A stretch of DNA of 64,000 nt from Isurus oxyrinchus (lineage: Eukaryota): NCBI GenBank assembly GCA_026770705.1, contig JANJGN010000012.1:49166001-49230000 (forward strand). The letters run 5' to 3'. Numbering within the stretch: position 1 is the first letter of the stretch; every line of letters begins with the position of its first letter. Below the pieces are notes generated by a model that had not been told where the DNA came from, ran no database searches, and saw nothing but the letters and a program-made list of their open reading frames with translations. The position numbers and the translations under genes are program-made. Below, piece by piece: positions 25,985 through 39,119 of the stretch.

Positions 25985-26374
25985 ATGTATATGGTTAAAG
26001 CTCCACTGTTACCTGGATAAAGTAACACAAAAGTTGCGGTTAAAAGTAACCTCGTTAAAGTCACACAGTTAACTGGTTGCAGTTACAAAGTTTCTTGAAG
26101 GTGAGAGCACAGTGGGGAAGATATTGATCAATGAAACAGACAGGCTGGAAAGCCATTTAGCAGTGAAATTGCAGAGGTGCTGGCCTGCCTGTGGGAAAGG
26201 GCTCTGCTCAAAGGAGATTCTGAGATTGTGCTTTCACTACTTCACTCATGATGTCTAAATGGGAGTCATTTCACTGTCCATGATCTGCTCTTCCCTGCTG
26301 TCAGCCTCCACTGCACCATCGGGAGAAGCTTCTGTAACTCCGCTGAGACCTCTGATGAGAAATAAGATGAGCAG

Positions 26375-26460
26375 GAACAGCACCAACAACAACACCAACA
26401 ACAACACCACCACCAATGCCAACACTGCAAGCAGCACCGCCAACAATACCAATAACATTC
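26375..26460. repeat. Imperfect (CAA/CAC)n low-complexity tract
   Basis: CACCAACAACAACACCAACAACAACACCACCACCAA... Confidence 0.75.
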
Positions 26461-26689
26461 AGAGCCAGAACAACATCAACATTCTGTTCGACAGCAGAGA
26501 GGGGATGGATGCACAGCTCCAGCTCAAAAGAGGCAAAATTTTTAGCACAGAGTCTAGACGCACAAGATTAATTCCTTTGACATGACAGAACAATAGTTCT
26601 GCCATCTCCATTGTTGCTTCCCAAATTCCAAATGGACATTAACCTTCAAGATAATGATGTAAACAGAGTGGTAGATGAGCAAAGGATGC

Positions 26690-27992
26690 AAAGGCCTGAC
26701 CAGTCAAGGAAGGCAAATTTCCTTCCCTAAAGGACATTAGTGAACCAAATGTGTTTTTACAACAATCAGTGATAGTTTCATGGTTACCATTGCCAAAACT
26801 AGTTTAATGGGCAGGAGGCAGGTTAATTTAAACTGCACTGATTTCTCCTCTCACCACCCACCCGCAAACAGAAAGGAATTTTAATTTGCTTCCCCACTTT
26901 ATAAGCGATTACACATTTCCCAACTCTTTAGTTTTGTTGTGATCCAATTTCTATTAATAACTCCGCAACAAAGTCAAGATAGAATGAACTCAAAGGGTTA
27001 GCTTATTTGCACACAATCAAAACATGGGAGGGGGTATTGCAATGTAGCCCCCTTGCATTCATGCAGTAAAAAAAGATAGAGAAAAAAAGATTGACAGTGC
27101 AGCAACCACAGAAAAGAAATGGTGTTTCACATGGGTTCCAGAGTCCAGAATCAAAGTCCAGTGAGGTATTTCTTCACGGAGGTCAGAAGGCTGAAAAACC
27201 AATACTGTATAATTCACTTCTTCGGTGGGGTTGACTTCATATGATGAGATAGGCACGCTGGATGAATCAGTCTTGCAGGCAATGGTACAGAAATTCCAGC
27301 TGCGAAAGTATAGATGGGGCCAAGTATTCAATCTGGGCAGAGCTCATTTTCTGTGTTGCTGCTAGTCAGATGGTAAAATGGCATGCTGAGTTTTGCAGTT
27401 CCACAAGCTAAGCTCATGCTGCATGACTCCCACCTCTCCACTCTAGCTTTGACAAAGCATGTGTATCCCTCATCTGGGTCCCCAAGATTGTGGAATGTCT
27501 CAGCTATTAAAAATTGAAAGGAAGGTTGCAGGGTCCTTTTTCTTAGCAAACCATCAGACCTATAGTTGGCCAATCTGACTCATGAAATGCAGATCGTCTT
27601 TGTACAGTTCTTTTTAAATTTGGTCTGTGCAGCCCACAATGGGTCATTAGTGTCTCTTCAGAGGCAACGGGGTGTAAGTTTCTTTGAAACTGCCAGATAG
27701 TTCCTCTTGTTCAGGGATCACAGATAAATTTGATTCAGGCCATTTAAAAGGTCTTTGTCTAATTGTTAAAATGTTATAAATAGCCATGAGGATATCTATA
27801 TCTATTTCATAAAAAAATATACAAGGTGAGGTCTTTGACCCCTCACACTGGCTTTCAATTCCAGATTTTATTAATTGAATTTAAATTCCACAGCTGTCAT
27901 GGTGGGATTTGAATCTATGTCCCCAGAGCATTAACCTGGGATCTAGATTACTACATTACTACTGACATTACTACTATACCACCATCTCCCCC
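26690..27992 (-). mobile_element. tRNA-SINE (same family as 12853-13242) split by an LTR-like insertion at about 26803-27847
   Basis: The SINE body stops at AAAACTAG (26802) and resumes at CTGGCTTTCAATTCC (27848). The insert ends CCTCACA; TSD CTAG/CTGG. Confidence 0.65.
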
Positions 27993-27999
27993 ATTTGGC

Positions 28000-28484
28000 T
28001 CCCCCATCTCTAATTCAATTTTTCTAATTCAGCCTGAACATTAGTAGAACCATCCTTTTCTTCTTGATACCTCAAATGTTGAGCCACTATATCAATAATC
28101 TCTGCTTTCCTGATTCCAAGTTGACCCTTAATTCCTGTGCCGCAGCCTTCAAATTAACCTTGGTTAACTGTTCCAAGGCACTAAGAGATAAATCCATTCT
28201 CTCCAGAAACATCTGAGCATGAGAGGTAATGTTGAAAGAGGATATTTTATGTTGATTTCCACCGAATACAGCAAGAGTAAATGTGAAATCTTGTTGGTTT
28301 AAATTCTGAAAATTCCTGTGTATCCATTCCTGTTTCAGCATTTCGAGATTCTGGATGAGCCATCAATTTGTTAGGATCCCTGTTGAGACCATAACTTTTT
28401 TAAAAAGAGAGGAATCCCCACAAAGCCAATGGAAAGAAAACCAATGGACAAGTTTCACTTTTTAAATATTTTACTGTAACAAAC
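28000..28484 (-). mobile_element. Gypsy 5' fragment (partial LTR, Pro-like PBS, gag N-terminus)
   Basis: LTR edge at 28369; degenerate TGGGGGCTCGTCCGGGAT-like PBS at about 28348-28366; gag-like DLSLSALEQLTKVNLKAAAQELRVNL. Confidence 0.6.
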
Positions 28485-31400
28485 TGTTATGAAGCCGTGC
28501 TTTATATAAAAAATGACTTTGTCTATTTACTGGCTGAAAACTATTGTTTAGTTTTAAAAAGACTGAAACAACATTTGAGTGGTTTGAACAGCAGTTTCTA
28601 AGATGGCTGAGCATTTACATCACTGTACTTTACAAATTCCAAAGCCATTAAAAGGGAGTCAGCCTGTCTGCAAGAACCGATCCAAGTTAATCATCTTAGG
28701 AAAATGAAAGTGCCACATCTCCTGACCCATTCATAGGAGATCCAGGCAGGGTGGGGAACAAGCCATTAGACATAATCATTTCAGACAATGGACTCTAGTT
28801 GAGAAAGGAGTTCACCCAGCCATAATCTAATCATGTAAGCCATGGATCTGGAATCCACTAGCCATAACCATGTTTGGGTGACTAGTCAGTTTATAGAGAG
28901 GATCCTGTGACAAGCCAACAACCATCTTTTGTGTTTAAGAAACTGTTTTTTTTTCCAGGCCACAAAAACAGAAGCAGAGGATACTCTGAAGCGGCAGGAC
29001 ACCTGAGTGGGACACTCTCTTTCTCTCTCTTTCTCTCTCTTTCTATCTCCACCCAGCCTGCAAATTTGAGCCCTGCCTGCTGTTCGACCACCCACACACC
29101 ATAGGCAGAATTTTAAGAAGCAACCTAATATCTACATATTTAAATTGCCGCGATGCTGAATGCAGACGGATCACTAACCTCAGCCTGAAACTATCCAAGT
29201 CATCAGTCTACAAGACCCCCCCCCCCCCATATACCTTTAACTTTTATTGGACTCTAAAAATATTGCTTAACCTATCCTCCCACTCCATAACTTACTTGAG
29301 TTTGTGTGTGTGAACCTTGAGTTCATGCATGTGTGAAAGTCAGAGCATTTTTATTCTTTTTATTAAAGTGAGTAATGTACAAGATACTATTCCCTTTTCA
29401 TTTTTAATATGCCTACAATGAAACTTCTCTGTGTCCTGTACAGTCACAGCATGTAAACAGTTAAGTGCTCACTGAATTGGCAATATAACCTTTTAGAAAA
29501 GCCTGATGCAGTCAAACGAGTCGTAGGAAAAGAGGGGAACCATTCTACTTCTCCTCACCTTAACAGAAAAGAAATTTAGGGGCTGAGTCCGTGTTTGAAC
29601 CCATAGTGAAAGGAGAAACTGGAAGAGGGAAATCAAATTGATCCTTTGAAGAATTTTACAAACTTCTGCATAGCTTTTCTTGTGGTTTACAGTACCAGGA
29701 TACTCAAAATGTCTATTTTCGAGACTATTACCTTCTGGAACAAAGTGAAGTAACTTCTGATATTTTAACAGTCTCATCCATGAAGAGTTATGGAGTGTAG
29801 CTAGACATTAAGTGTGTTTTTTTATTCATTTATGGGGTGTAGGTGTCGCTGACTAGGCCAGCATTTATGGCCCATCCCTAACTGCCCCTTGACGTGGTGG
29901 TGGTGAGCTGCCTTCTTGAACTGCTGCAGTCCATGTGCTTTAGGTACACCCACTGTGTTGTTAGGAAGGGAGTTCCAGAATTTTGATCCAACGACAGTGA
30001 TGGAATGGTGATATATTTCCAAGCCAGGATGGTGAGTGTCTTGGAGTCGAACGTCCAGGTGGTGGTGTTCCCACACATCTGCTGCCCTTCTCCTTCTAGA
30101 TGGCAGTGGTCATGGGTTTGAAAGGTGCTGTCTCAGGGCCTTTGGTGAGTTCCTGCTGTGCATCATGTAGATGGTACACACTGCTGCCACTGTGTATCAA
30201 GGGTAAAGTTAGTGAATATTTGTGGATGTGGTGCCAAACAAGCAGGCTGCTTTGTCCTGGATGTTGTGAAGCTTCTTGAGTGTTCTGGGAGCTGCACTCA
30301 TCCAGGCAAGTGGGGAGTATTCCATCACTCCTGACTTGTGCCTTATAGATGGTGGACGGGCTTTGGGGAGTCAGGAGGTGAGTTATTAGCCACAGGATTC
30401 CTAGCATCTGACCTGCTTTTATAGCCACAGTTTTTACATGGCTAGTCCAGTTCAGTTTCTGGTCAATGGTAACCCCCAGTTGTTGATAGTGGGGGATTCA
30501 GGGATGGTAATGGCAATGGCAATGGTTAGATTCTCTCTTGTTGGAGATGGTCATTGCCTGACACTTGTGTGGCGCGAATGTTACTTGCCACTTATCAGCC
30601 TAAGCCTGCATATTGTCCAGGTCTTGCTACATTTGGATATGGACTGTTTCAGTATCTGAGGAGTCACGAATTGTATTGAACATTATGCAACCATCCGCGG
30701 ACATCTCCACTTCTAACCTTATGATGGAAGGAAGGTCATTGATGAACCAGCTGAAGAAAGTTGGGCCTAGGACAGTCCCTGAGGAAGTCCTGCAGTGATG
30801 TCCTGGAACAGAGATGATTCACCTCCAACAACCACAACCATCTTCCTTTGTGCTTTGTATGACTCCAACCAGCTTAGAGTTTTCTCCCTGATTCCCATTG
30901 ACTCCAGTTCGCTAGGGATCCCTGATGCCACATTCAGTCAAATGTTGCCTTGATATCAAGGACAGTCAATCTCACCTCACCTCTGGAGTTCAGCTCTTTT
31001 GTCTATGTTTGAACCAAGGCTGTAACGAGGTCAGGAGCTGAGTGGCCCTGGCGGAACCCAAACTGAGTGTGAGTGACCAGGCTATCGCTAAGCAAGTGTC
31101 ACTTGATAGCACTGTTGATGACTCGTTCTGTCACTGTCCTGATGATCGAGAATTGACTGATGGGGAGGTAATTGACTGGGTTGGATTTGTCCTGCTTTTT
31201 GTGTATAGGACATACCTAGGCAATTTTCCACATAGCCGGGTAGATGCCAGTGTTGTAACTGTATTGGAACAAGTTCTGGAGCACAATTCTTCGGTACTAT
31301 TGCCGGAATATTGTCAGGGCCAATAGCCTTTGCAGTATCCAGTGCCTTCAGCCATTTCTTGATGTCACGTGGAGTTGAATTGGCTGAAGACTGGCATCTG

Positions 31401-34100
31401 TGGTGCTGAGGACCTACAGAGGAAGCTGAGATGGATCATCCACTCAGCACCTCTGGCTGAAGATTGTTGCAAATGCTCCAGCCTTATCTCTTGCACTGAT
31501 GTACTCGGCCCCCACCATTAAGGATGGGGATATTTGTGGATCCTCCTCCTCCACTGAGTTGTTTAATTGTCCACCACCATTCAAGACTGGATGTGGGGGG
31601 ACTGCAGAGCTCAGAGCTAATCTGTTGGTTGAGGAATCACTTAGCTCCGTTTATCACTTGCTGCTTGTGCTGCTTGACATGCAAGTAAGCCTGTGTTATA
31701 GCTCCATCAGTTTGACTCCTCATTTTTAGGCATGCTTGGTACTGCTCCTCCTGCACTCTTCATTGAACCAGGATTGATCCCTTGGCTTGATGGTAATGAT
31801 AGAGTAGGGGATATGCTGGGTCATGAGGTTACAGATTGTGTTTGAGTACAGTTCTGCTGCTGCTGATGGCCCATAGCACATTATGGTTGCCCAGTCATGA
31901 GTTGCTAGATCTGTTCAAAATCTATCCCATTTAGCACGATGGTAGTGCCACATAACACAATGGAGGGTATGGTCAATATGAAGGCGGGACTTCGTCTCCA
32001 CAAAGACTGTGTGGTGCTCACTCCTATCAATAATGTCATGGACAGAGGCATCTGTGGAAGGCAGATGTCTATCCAAAAACTAGGAAACCCAAAATCCTTA
32101 AACTCGGGGCCATCGTTTTTTCAATTGAACCTGAAGAACTGGAGGTAGGTATAGAATCTGAAACATTACCAAAGATACAGCTGGAGCAGTAGAAATTAGA
32201 GCTTGAATTTCAGCAAAAACAGAGGAAATGGAAAGACAGAAAAAAGGGAAAGGAGAGAATTTCAGGAAAGGAAGAAAGAAAGAGTGTTCCAGAGGGAAAA
32301 ATAGGAAAGGGAATTAAGGAGGCATGAATTGAGTAAGGAATGGTCAGCTGTGCCCATTGAAGACACTACTAGTGAAGTAATTGACTCTAGCTCAGGACCG
32401 AGCGTTCAGCCCTTAAAGTCTTTCCATTTGGCACCAAGGTTTAATGAAAAGGATGTGGAAGCATTTTTTTGTCTTATTTGAAAATCCTGCTATGAGATTG
32501 TAGAGGCATGTAGAGGTATGGAGCATTCTGCTGCAAAGCAGATTAACAAGAAAAGCCCATGAGGTTCATTCCCTATTCTCCGTCGATAATTCGTCAAACT
32601 ATGAGATGATCAAAAATGCCATCAGAAGTGCGTATGAGATAGAACCAGGGGTGTACCACCAAAGATGCCAAACTTTCTAGAAATGACCTGAACAAATTTA
32701 CACCAAGTTTGAAGAAATTAAACAACTTGTTTTCGACTGATGGATACAGGCGCTTAAGATAGATCCCACCTATGAAACCCTCAGATGTGATTCTCCTGGA
32801 GAAAATTGGAAACTCACTCCCCCTTCCCATAAAAACCCATGTGGAGGAACAAAGAGTTTCAAAAGCCAGACAAGCAGGAAACTATGAATTAACATATAGA
32901 CCCCTAACTCAAAGTAAACTGGGATTTGGTAGCTCTTGCAGGCTAGGGAGATATAGGAGACATAAAGATGAAGACAACATGGTCTTGAGATAAAAGGGAA
33001 GTAATGAAGGAAAATAAGATCATTCTCCAATTTTTAAAAAAAGGAACTAAGATAGTAAACCGGTAGGGGCTTGGCTGGGGTGTTTTAGTGTGGGAAGTCT
33101 GGACACATAAAGGAAAATTGTTGTCATTCCAAAAGGCCAACATGAGTGTTGCAGTCATAACAGTGTTCGGCCATGAAGGTGGTAAGCCTACGTTCCAATG
33201 ACTCCTTTTGTATCCCAGGCACCAGGAAAAGAGATAATCACCCTAGTCTTCAAACTCTACTTGTAGCAAAGGTTGCAGAGATGTCACCCAAAAGCCAAAC
33301 AAAATCCATAGTGTTGGTAAAAGGGCTTACTGGCAAATGTTTGAAGGTTCCTTTAGTCAAAATTTCCCTGCAGAGTAAGTTGGCCACTGGGGTATTGAGG
33401 TTTGGGGCCATTCAAGCTTACCAATGCAGGGGGCAACTTCTTGCTGGACAATGACAATAGCCAAAAGCATGGTGCTCTGTCTGGAGGGTTCAGAGCAGTC
33501 CACAGTGACTGGGGAAACTGAGGGGAACAAGCTAAATTCTGCTCAGCTGCAGAGGGCTGAGGAAACACTAAAAATCCCACAGGGATCAACAGAGCCAGTA
33601 AAGATTAACAAGACTAAAGGAAAGCCAGTCAGGTTTTAAGAGGCCAGGACTGTGCCCGTGGCATGTAATAAGGCCAAGCCAGAGCCAGAGGAAATTAAAG
33701 GAGCTGGGATAGAAGCAGCAGAAATTGAAGGAAATGTGCCAGAGGTATGGTTGGCAGAAACCTTCTTTAAGAACTTAAATAGGGGAAGAGGAAAGTTCCT
33801 AAACAGGCAAGCAGAACGTGCGAGAGATGGATCAATTAGTTGAAGTTCCAGAGGGGAGTGCAGTAGAAGCTGGACAGCTATCCATGAGCATTAGTGTCCC
33901 AGAGGACATGGGGCAGATTGGGAAAACCCCATCCCTGAAGTAAGAGACAAAGGGAAGGTAGCATACATTAAAATGAATAACACTTGTGAAAATCACAAAA
34001 AAGGCAAAAGTGAAGTCAGTGTGGGATTTTCTGCTGACCAATCAAATGGTCAGGTTCTAAATTCAAAGCTAATTGAACCAGGTAAAGTAGTTTCAGAACC
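28485..34100 (+). mobile_element. Gmr1-like Gypsy element (5' LTR 28485-29565, SCAN-type gag, CCHC, decayed protease), interrupted by a LINE
   Basis: TGTTA...TAACA LTR followed by a Pro-like PBS (about 29577-29593). gag reads PRFNEKDVEAFF..WSILLQSRL..AYE..Y.Q..ILLEKIGNSLPLPIKTHVEEQ, then CGKSGHIK and KVPLVKISLQSKL. Confidence 0.8.
29821..32065 (-). mobile_element. CR1-group LINE family A, 5'-truncated, inserted in the Gmr1-like element
   Basis: Highly similar to 14990-17780 (IYKAQVRS, QQFKKAAHHH), with the 3' tail at 29821. Confidence 0.9.
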
Positions 34101-35380
34101 CACAAAGACAAAGCACAGGAGGTGAACCCAGATGCTTCACAAGGGCTTAAGAACATTTTATCACTCACTGCCGCCATAGAGATAAGGATTATCAGTGTGC
34201 CAGAACCTAAACTATTAAATCCATGAGTTGTGGAAACAGCAATCTAAGGGTTAAGACTTCACAGGCAGTTTTACTATGTAGCAACAGAAATTTGCGTAGT
34301 GCAAGACTTGGCATAGGATAATTGTCCCCAGAATAGCCTGTGAAATTCAACCTCTTCAAAAACTCAAGTATTGGACTTGAGTTTCCACTTAGCCCAAACC
34401 ACTAGCCAACACCTAACTTGGATTTAGGGGAGAAAAAGATCAGAAGGCACCAGGTTTTCAAAACAAAGCCTTCCTTAGACCAGATCCTAGCCACCAAAAA
34501 AATAATTCAATTATAAATGTGCCTCATTCAAAAAGGATGATGAGAAATTTGAACATGAAGAGAGGGCAGCCATTCTACCCCTCCTCACCTGATCCTAATG
34601 CAACTAAACTAAAATCAACATAATTCAAATGCTAATTGACAGGCGAAAGATTTTTCAAACTGAGGTAAATTTCACTTTACATAGTTGCTGCAACAAGGAT
34701 ATGCCTCACATAGCTACAAGCACTCAAATTACTTCCTGCACTAATGTAAGACCAGATGCATTCTTACAGACTTTCCAACTTGGCCTCCATTTTGTAGGAT
34801 TTCTCACTCCCATCCAATCATTTTGATCCTTGAGTCATATTCACCATCAGTCATATTCCATCTGAAGTCCCTGCAAATGGTTACCATCAACAAGGCACTT
34901 TTCTATGAACACTCTCACTTGGGCCATGGCAGTCCTGCTGGCACAGAATCCCCAAAAACTCCCTTCTCCAATTACTTTAAATGGTCTAATGGGCTCTAGC
35001 ACCACTTCACCAACAACAATGAATATTGTTCAATCCACAATCCCTTGCCCTTCCTGTCTGATCTCTGATCTTTCCAACCATATTATTCAAAAAGAATATG
35101 CTCTATTCTCAAAGATGTGCTTCAACACTAGGATCTGAAAACTGAAAAATGCCCCCTTCAGAGAGAGCCCTGCTAGTTTCTTCTTTACGTGAATTCTCAG
35201 TTTGTTCTGGACTGCCAAACAGAAAACACTGGTTGACCCAGCCCTACTGCAAATAGCTTTCTATTCACTGAATGTTTCTTAGCTGTTCATCCCCTTGACA
35301 ACCCCAGGTCACATGGGAATTTCTAGTAATCTAGTGATGCCATGATAAGGAAACTATTTAGCCCTCTTTCAGAATACTCC

Positions 35381-35395
35381 TCAGCCCACTTTGGC
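35381..35395 (-). CDS. Host gene, putative last coding exon (AKVG*)
   Basis: Strong acceptor TTTTCTTTTTGTGCGATGTCCCTTTCAG; phase 0 matches the previous exon; TGA at 35383-35381. Confidence 0.5.
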   Translation of the reverse strand, partial: AKVG

Positions 35396-35720
35396 CTGAA
35401 AGGGACATCGCACAAAAAGAAAACACATGCTTTCCAAAGCACAAGGGTTATCACACACTTGTGTAAGTCTGTGACCCTTAAAGATACTGTTAAAAATTCC
35501 TCTGATCCACAGGTTATCACCGTTAATTGAGCCTGAGATGGAGAAATGCTCTCTCAACCAAGTCACCAGTAAGTGGAGGAACAACTCCAACAGTCAGTCA
35601 ATGCCCATCCCCCCACCCCCACCCTCACCCGCACTATTCCCCAGTAGCCTGTACAAGTGCCTGGGAGATTAATAATAATCTTACTATTGAATGGTAAATA
35701 AAGTAATCTTTGTTTCTTAC

Positions 35721-35855
35721 TTCAGCTCCTTTCAGCAATGGCCTGCCCAGTTTACTAAAATAATTTATTATCAACTGGAAAGATAATTTTGGAATGTGTC
35801 TTGTAGTTGAATCAGGATTAAGCCAATAGTTGTAACCCTTCCTCCCATTCTGCAC
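35721..35855 (-). CDS. Host gene exon (45 codons, VQNGRKGYNYWLNPD..LLKGAE)
   Basis: CAG acceptor with a weak pyrimidine tract, GTAAGA donor, phase 0/0, open frame. Confidence 0.65.
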
Positions 35856-35989
35856 CTGATCAAATCTAGTTCATCACACATTTCAGTGGCACACATTTGA
35901 GGCTATTAAGGCCAAGCTTTTTTAAAAATTTGGTGTATTTATTGTTATAAACATTAGCAAAAGCATTCAGACCATTAAGAGTCTCCAAC

Positions 35990-36880
35990 CTTTGTCTCGG
36001 ACAGTATTTCAGCACAAATTTTCTCGAACCTCCGTTTACTTAATAGTTCCCGAGCAGCATTAATCCCAGTGAAGTGCAATGTTCCCCAGAACTCTGCATC
36101 TTCATCTGGTACACTCAACAGCTCCTTCTTGGAGATGTAAGGGTCCGGGATGTGGAAAAATATGTCATATAGAGCCTTGTCATAACGCGTATGGGCCAAG
36201 TATGAACACAGCTGGACATGTTGCAAAGCAGGAGCTTCCAAGGGTGCTGGCTCTGTCTTAGCTGCTGGGTTTGGAGATGCTGGAGGTTGCTTTGTGCTCG
36301 TTGGAGTAGAGAGAGGAATGTTCTGAATCTGCCAGTAAGGAGAGTACCAAAAGTAGTAATTTGGAGGACCATCAAGAGATGAAGTGTAAAAGTGAAACTC
36401 AGGCCTGTTATTATTTGGCAGCATATAAGATTGCAGATGCATGAATCTGATATTTTTGCTCAGGCCACTCCTATCTGACTGTTGAATGGGGCTCGGATTA
36501 GAGGGAGCTTCCACATCTGGTACCACATGTGTTGACGATGATTGAGTCGAAGCTTGATTGGGCCGAGTACTCATACTTGTGGCAGAGATTTTCACATCTG
36601 GCACAACATTTGTGGATGTTCCACTCGAGGTCTGATGTGCTGTAGTGGGAACAGTAACAGTGGAGTTGCCCTCAACCAGCGCTGAGATTCCCCGGGGCAG
36701 CCATTTTCTAATTACATCCTCTGCAGCCTGAGTTTGTGACTTTACAATTCTAATTGTCACATCTTTGAGTGAAGAAGACTTTCCTTTTGTTTGACTAGTT
36801 GTGGATGAGACTTTTCTTGGAAGAAGGCTTATAGATCCAGGGCCATCAGCTGATTTCTTCAATTGGAAAAAATGGGCAGT
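35990..36880 (-). CDS. Host gene large exon (297 codons); uncharacterised S/T/P-rich protein with a structured-looking C-terminal part
   Basis: Longest stop-free non-TE ORF in the window (35975-37093). Acceptor TTATTTTCCTCTTTTGAAG, donor AAG|GTTGGA, phase 0/0. Confidence 0.8.
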
Positions 36881-37239
36881 CTTCAAAAGAGGAAAATAAA
36901 TGAGCATCGAATGTTTTGATTTACTGATAATAATTATGAATAACAGAGAGAAGGAGTTAAGTTGTAAAAAATTATGTATAAAGCAAGCAACATTTAGATT
37001 CAGCATATCATCTCTGGCAGTGAAACTTGGATCTCCAATCTCAAGACTATTGATTATGCAGTACACCAAGATTGCTGAAGATTTATTGATCATTCTGACT
37101 GGATTGTTATTTGATTACTGTATAAGAAAGATTTACATTAATATATGCCCTTTCACAACCTCAGGATGTTCCAAAATGTTTTACAGCCAATGAAGTACTT
37201 TTCACGTGCAGCCACTGTTGAAGCTGTTTCTTTCCATTC

Positions 37240-38860
37240 AAACAGTGCATTCCAGAGTGCAACAGCTCACTGTGTAAAGGATGTCACCTCTGGCTCTTTT
37301 CCCAATTAACTTAGCTTTCTGCCACAGGAAACAGTCTCTACTCTTTTACACAATTAAAACCATTCATGCAACTCTGCCAAGTAGCTTCTTAACCTTTATA
37401 CTCTAAGGAGAACCATCCCAGCTTTTCCAGCCTCCACATAACTAAAGCCCCTCATCCATGTTTCCAATCTAGCAATCTAGCAAATACTGCAGATGCTGGA
37501 AATCTGAAACAAAAACAGAAGATGCTGGAAAAACTCATCAGGTCTAAAGAAGCTCTGAAGAGACATACGGACTCGAAATGAAAACGCTGTTTTTCTCTCC
37601 ACCGATGCTGTTAGACCTGCTGAGTTTTTCCAGCATTTTCTGTTTTTGTTTAAAATCTCTTTTGCATCCTGTCTAAGGTTTTGGAGCCTTTCTTAAAGTG
37701 TGGTGCCCAGAATTGAACCCAATTACTCCAACCTGTGTCAGGAACATAGGAATATAGAAACAGGAGTAGGCCATTTGGCCTCTCGAGTCTGCTTAGCCTG
37801 CTGTTTTCTAGAAACTTAGCATAACTTTTTTGTTTTTGTATTCTATGCCTCTATTAAAAAAAGCCAATGAGTCCAGCCAACTTAACTTACCCTGCCACCT
37901 TGAAAGATGTATATATGCACCCCAGGCCTCTCTGTTCCAGCACCCTTTTAAAAGTGTACCAGTTAGTTTATATTACCTCGCCTCATTCTTCCTACCAAAT
38001 ATACCACTTCACATTTCTCTACATTAAATCTAATCTGCCATGTTTTTGCCTTAATTCCTTTTAAAGTCTGCTACTGTCTTCCTCATTGTTTATAACAATT
38101 CCAAGTTTAGTTTTATCTGCAAACATTGATTTCTACTCTAAACACCAAGTTTAATATATATATCAAAAAAAGCAGTGGCCCTAATGCTGACTGCTGGGGA
38201 ATACCAACATACACTTCCCCCTAGTCTAAATATAGCTGTTCACCACTACTCTCTGCTTTCTGTTCCATCGTCAATGTTGTGTCCATGCTGCTACAGTTTT
38301 TTTAATCCCATGGGCTTTAATTTTGCTAACAGGTTTATGAGACAGTACTCATTCAAACACCTTTTGAAAATCCACTTATAAAACATCAATCGCACGATTC
38401 TCATCAGCCTTCTCAATTACTTTTACCAAAGAACTCAACCAAGCTAGTCAAACACAATTTGCCTAACAAATCAATAAATTAATGCTAACTTTCATTTGTT
38501 GACGTATGCTTTTCCAAGTGCCAATTAATTTTGTCCTGGATTATCGTCTTAAAGGTTTTCTCACCACCAACATTAAGATGACTGGTATAATACCCTCCTT
38601 TTTATGTCGTTACTCAGTTTACACTTGCTCTTTTTTAAACAGAGGTTATAATATCCAAAATTCTCCAATCTTCTGGAACCAACACCATATCTAATTTAGA
38701 ATATCATGGCCAGCCCCTCCATAATTTCCACTCTTTTTTTCCCTCAGTGACCTAGGTCACATCCCATCCAGGCAGAATATTTCTACTTTGAGGACTGTCA
38801 ACCTTTTAAATAGCCCCTCTTTATCTATTTGTATCGTACCTAATACTACTATTACCTGTT
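37240..38860 (-). mobile_element. Old CR1 LINE remnants
   Basis: Reverse strand FADKTKLG and LGSILGT-like RT motifs; heavily decayed. Confidence 0.6.
37481..37651. repeat. Palindromic Penelope-like short repeat
   Basis: Inverted arms AAACAAAAACAGAAGATGCTGGAAAAACTCATCAGGTCT / AGACCTGCTGAGTTTTTCCAGCATTTTCTGTTTTTGTTT around CTGAAGAGAC..GACTCGAAA. Confidence 0.75.
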
Positions 38861-38967
38861 CCTATATTGCTATATTGACAATATACTTGGGATCCATAAT
38901 CTAATCCAGAGATCAGTAGGGATCAATAGTCATGAGTGATCTTTTTAAGATCAAATGCCTCACTTAC

Positions 38968-39076
38968 TGTAGGATATTTTCTATGCTTCCAGAAAGAAGT
39001 GAATGAACTGCTAGCCATTGTTGGTATCTGGTTACCTCTTGTATTCTGCTTTGATATTTTGTTTCCCATCTTGTTC
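38968..39076 (-). CDS. Host gene exon (NKMGNKISKQNTRG..RKYPT)
   Basis: Acceptor TTATTCCTTTTTTTCTAG, donor ACA|GTAAGT; 109 nt, open frame, ends in phase 0 to join 36880. Confidence 0.72.
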
Positions 39077-39119
39077 CTAGAAAAAAAGGAATAATTTCAG
39101 ATCTACTTGCAATGTGGTG

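Noticed and set aside
26255-26458. Hydrophobic Leu/Val 'membrane protein' ORF
   Set aside because: It is the antisense reading of the CAA/CAC repeat.
36881-37093. N-terminal 71 aa of the 372-aa ORF
   Set aside because: AT-rich, intron-like sequence upstream of a good splice acceptor at 36881.
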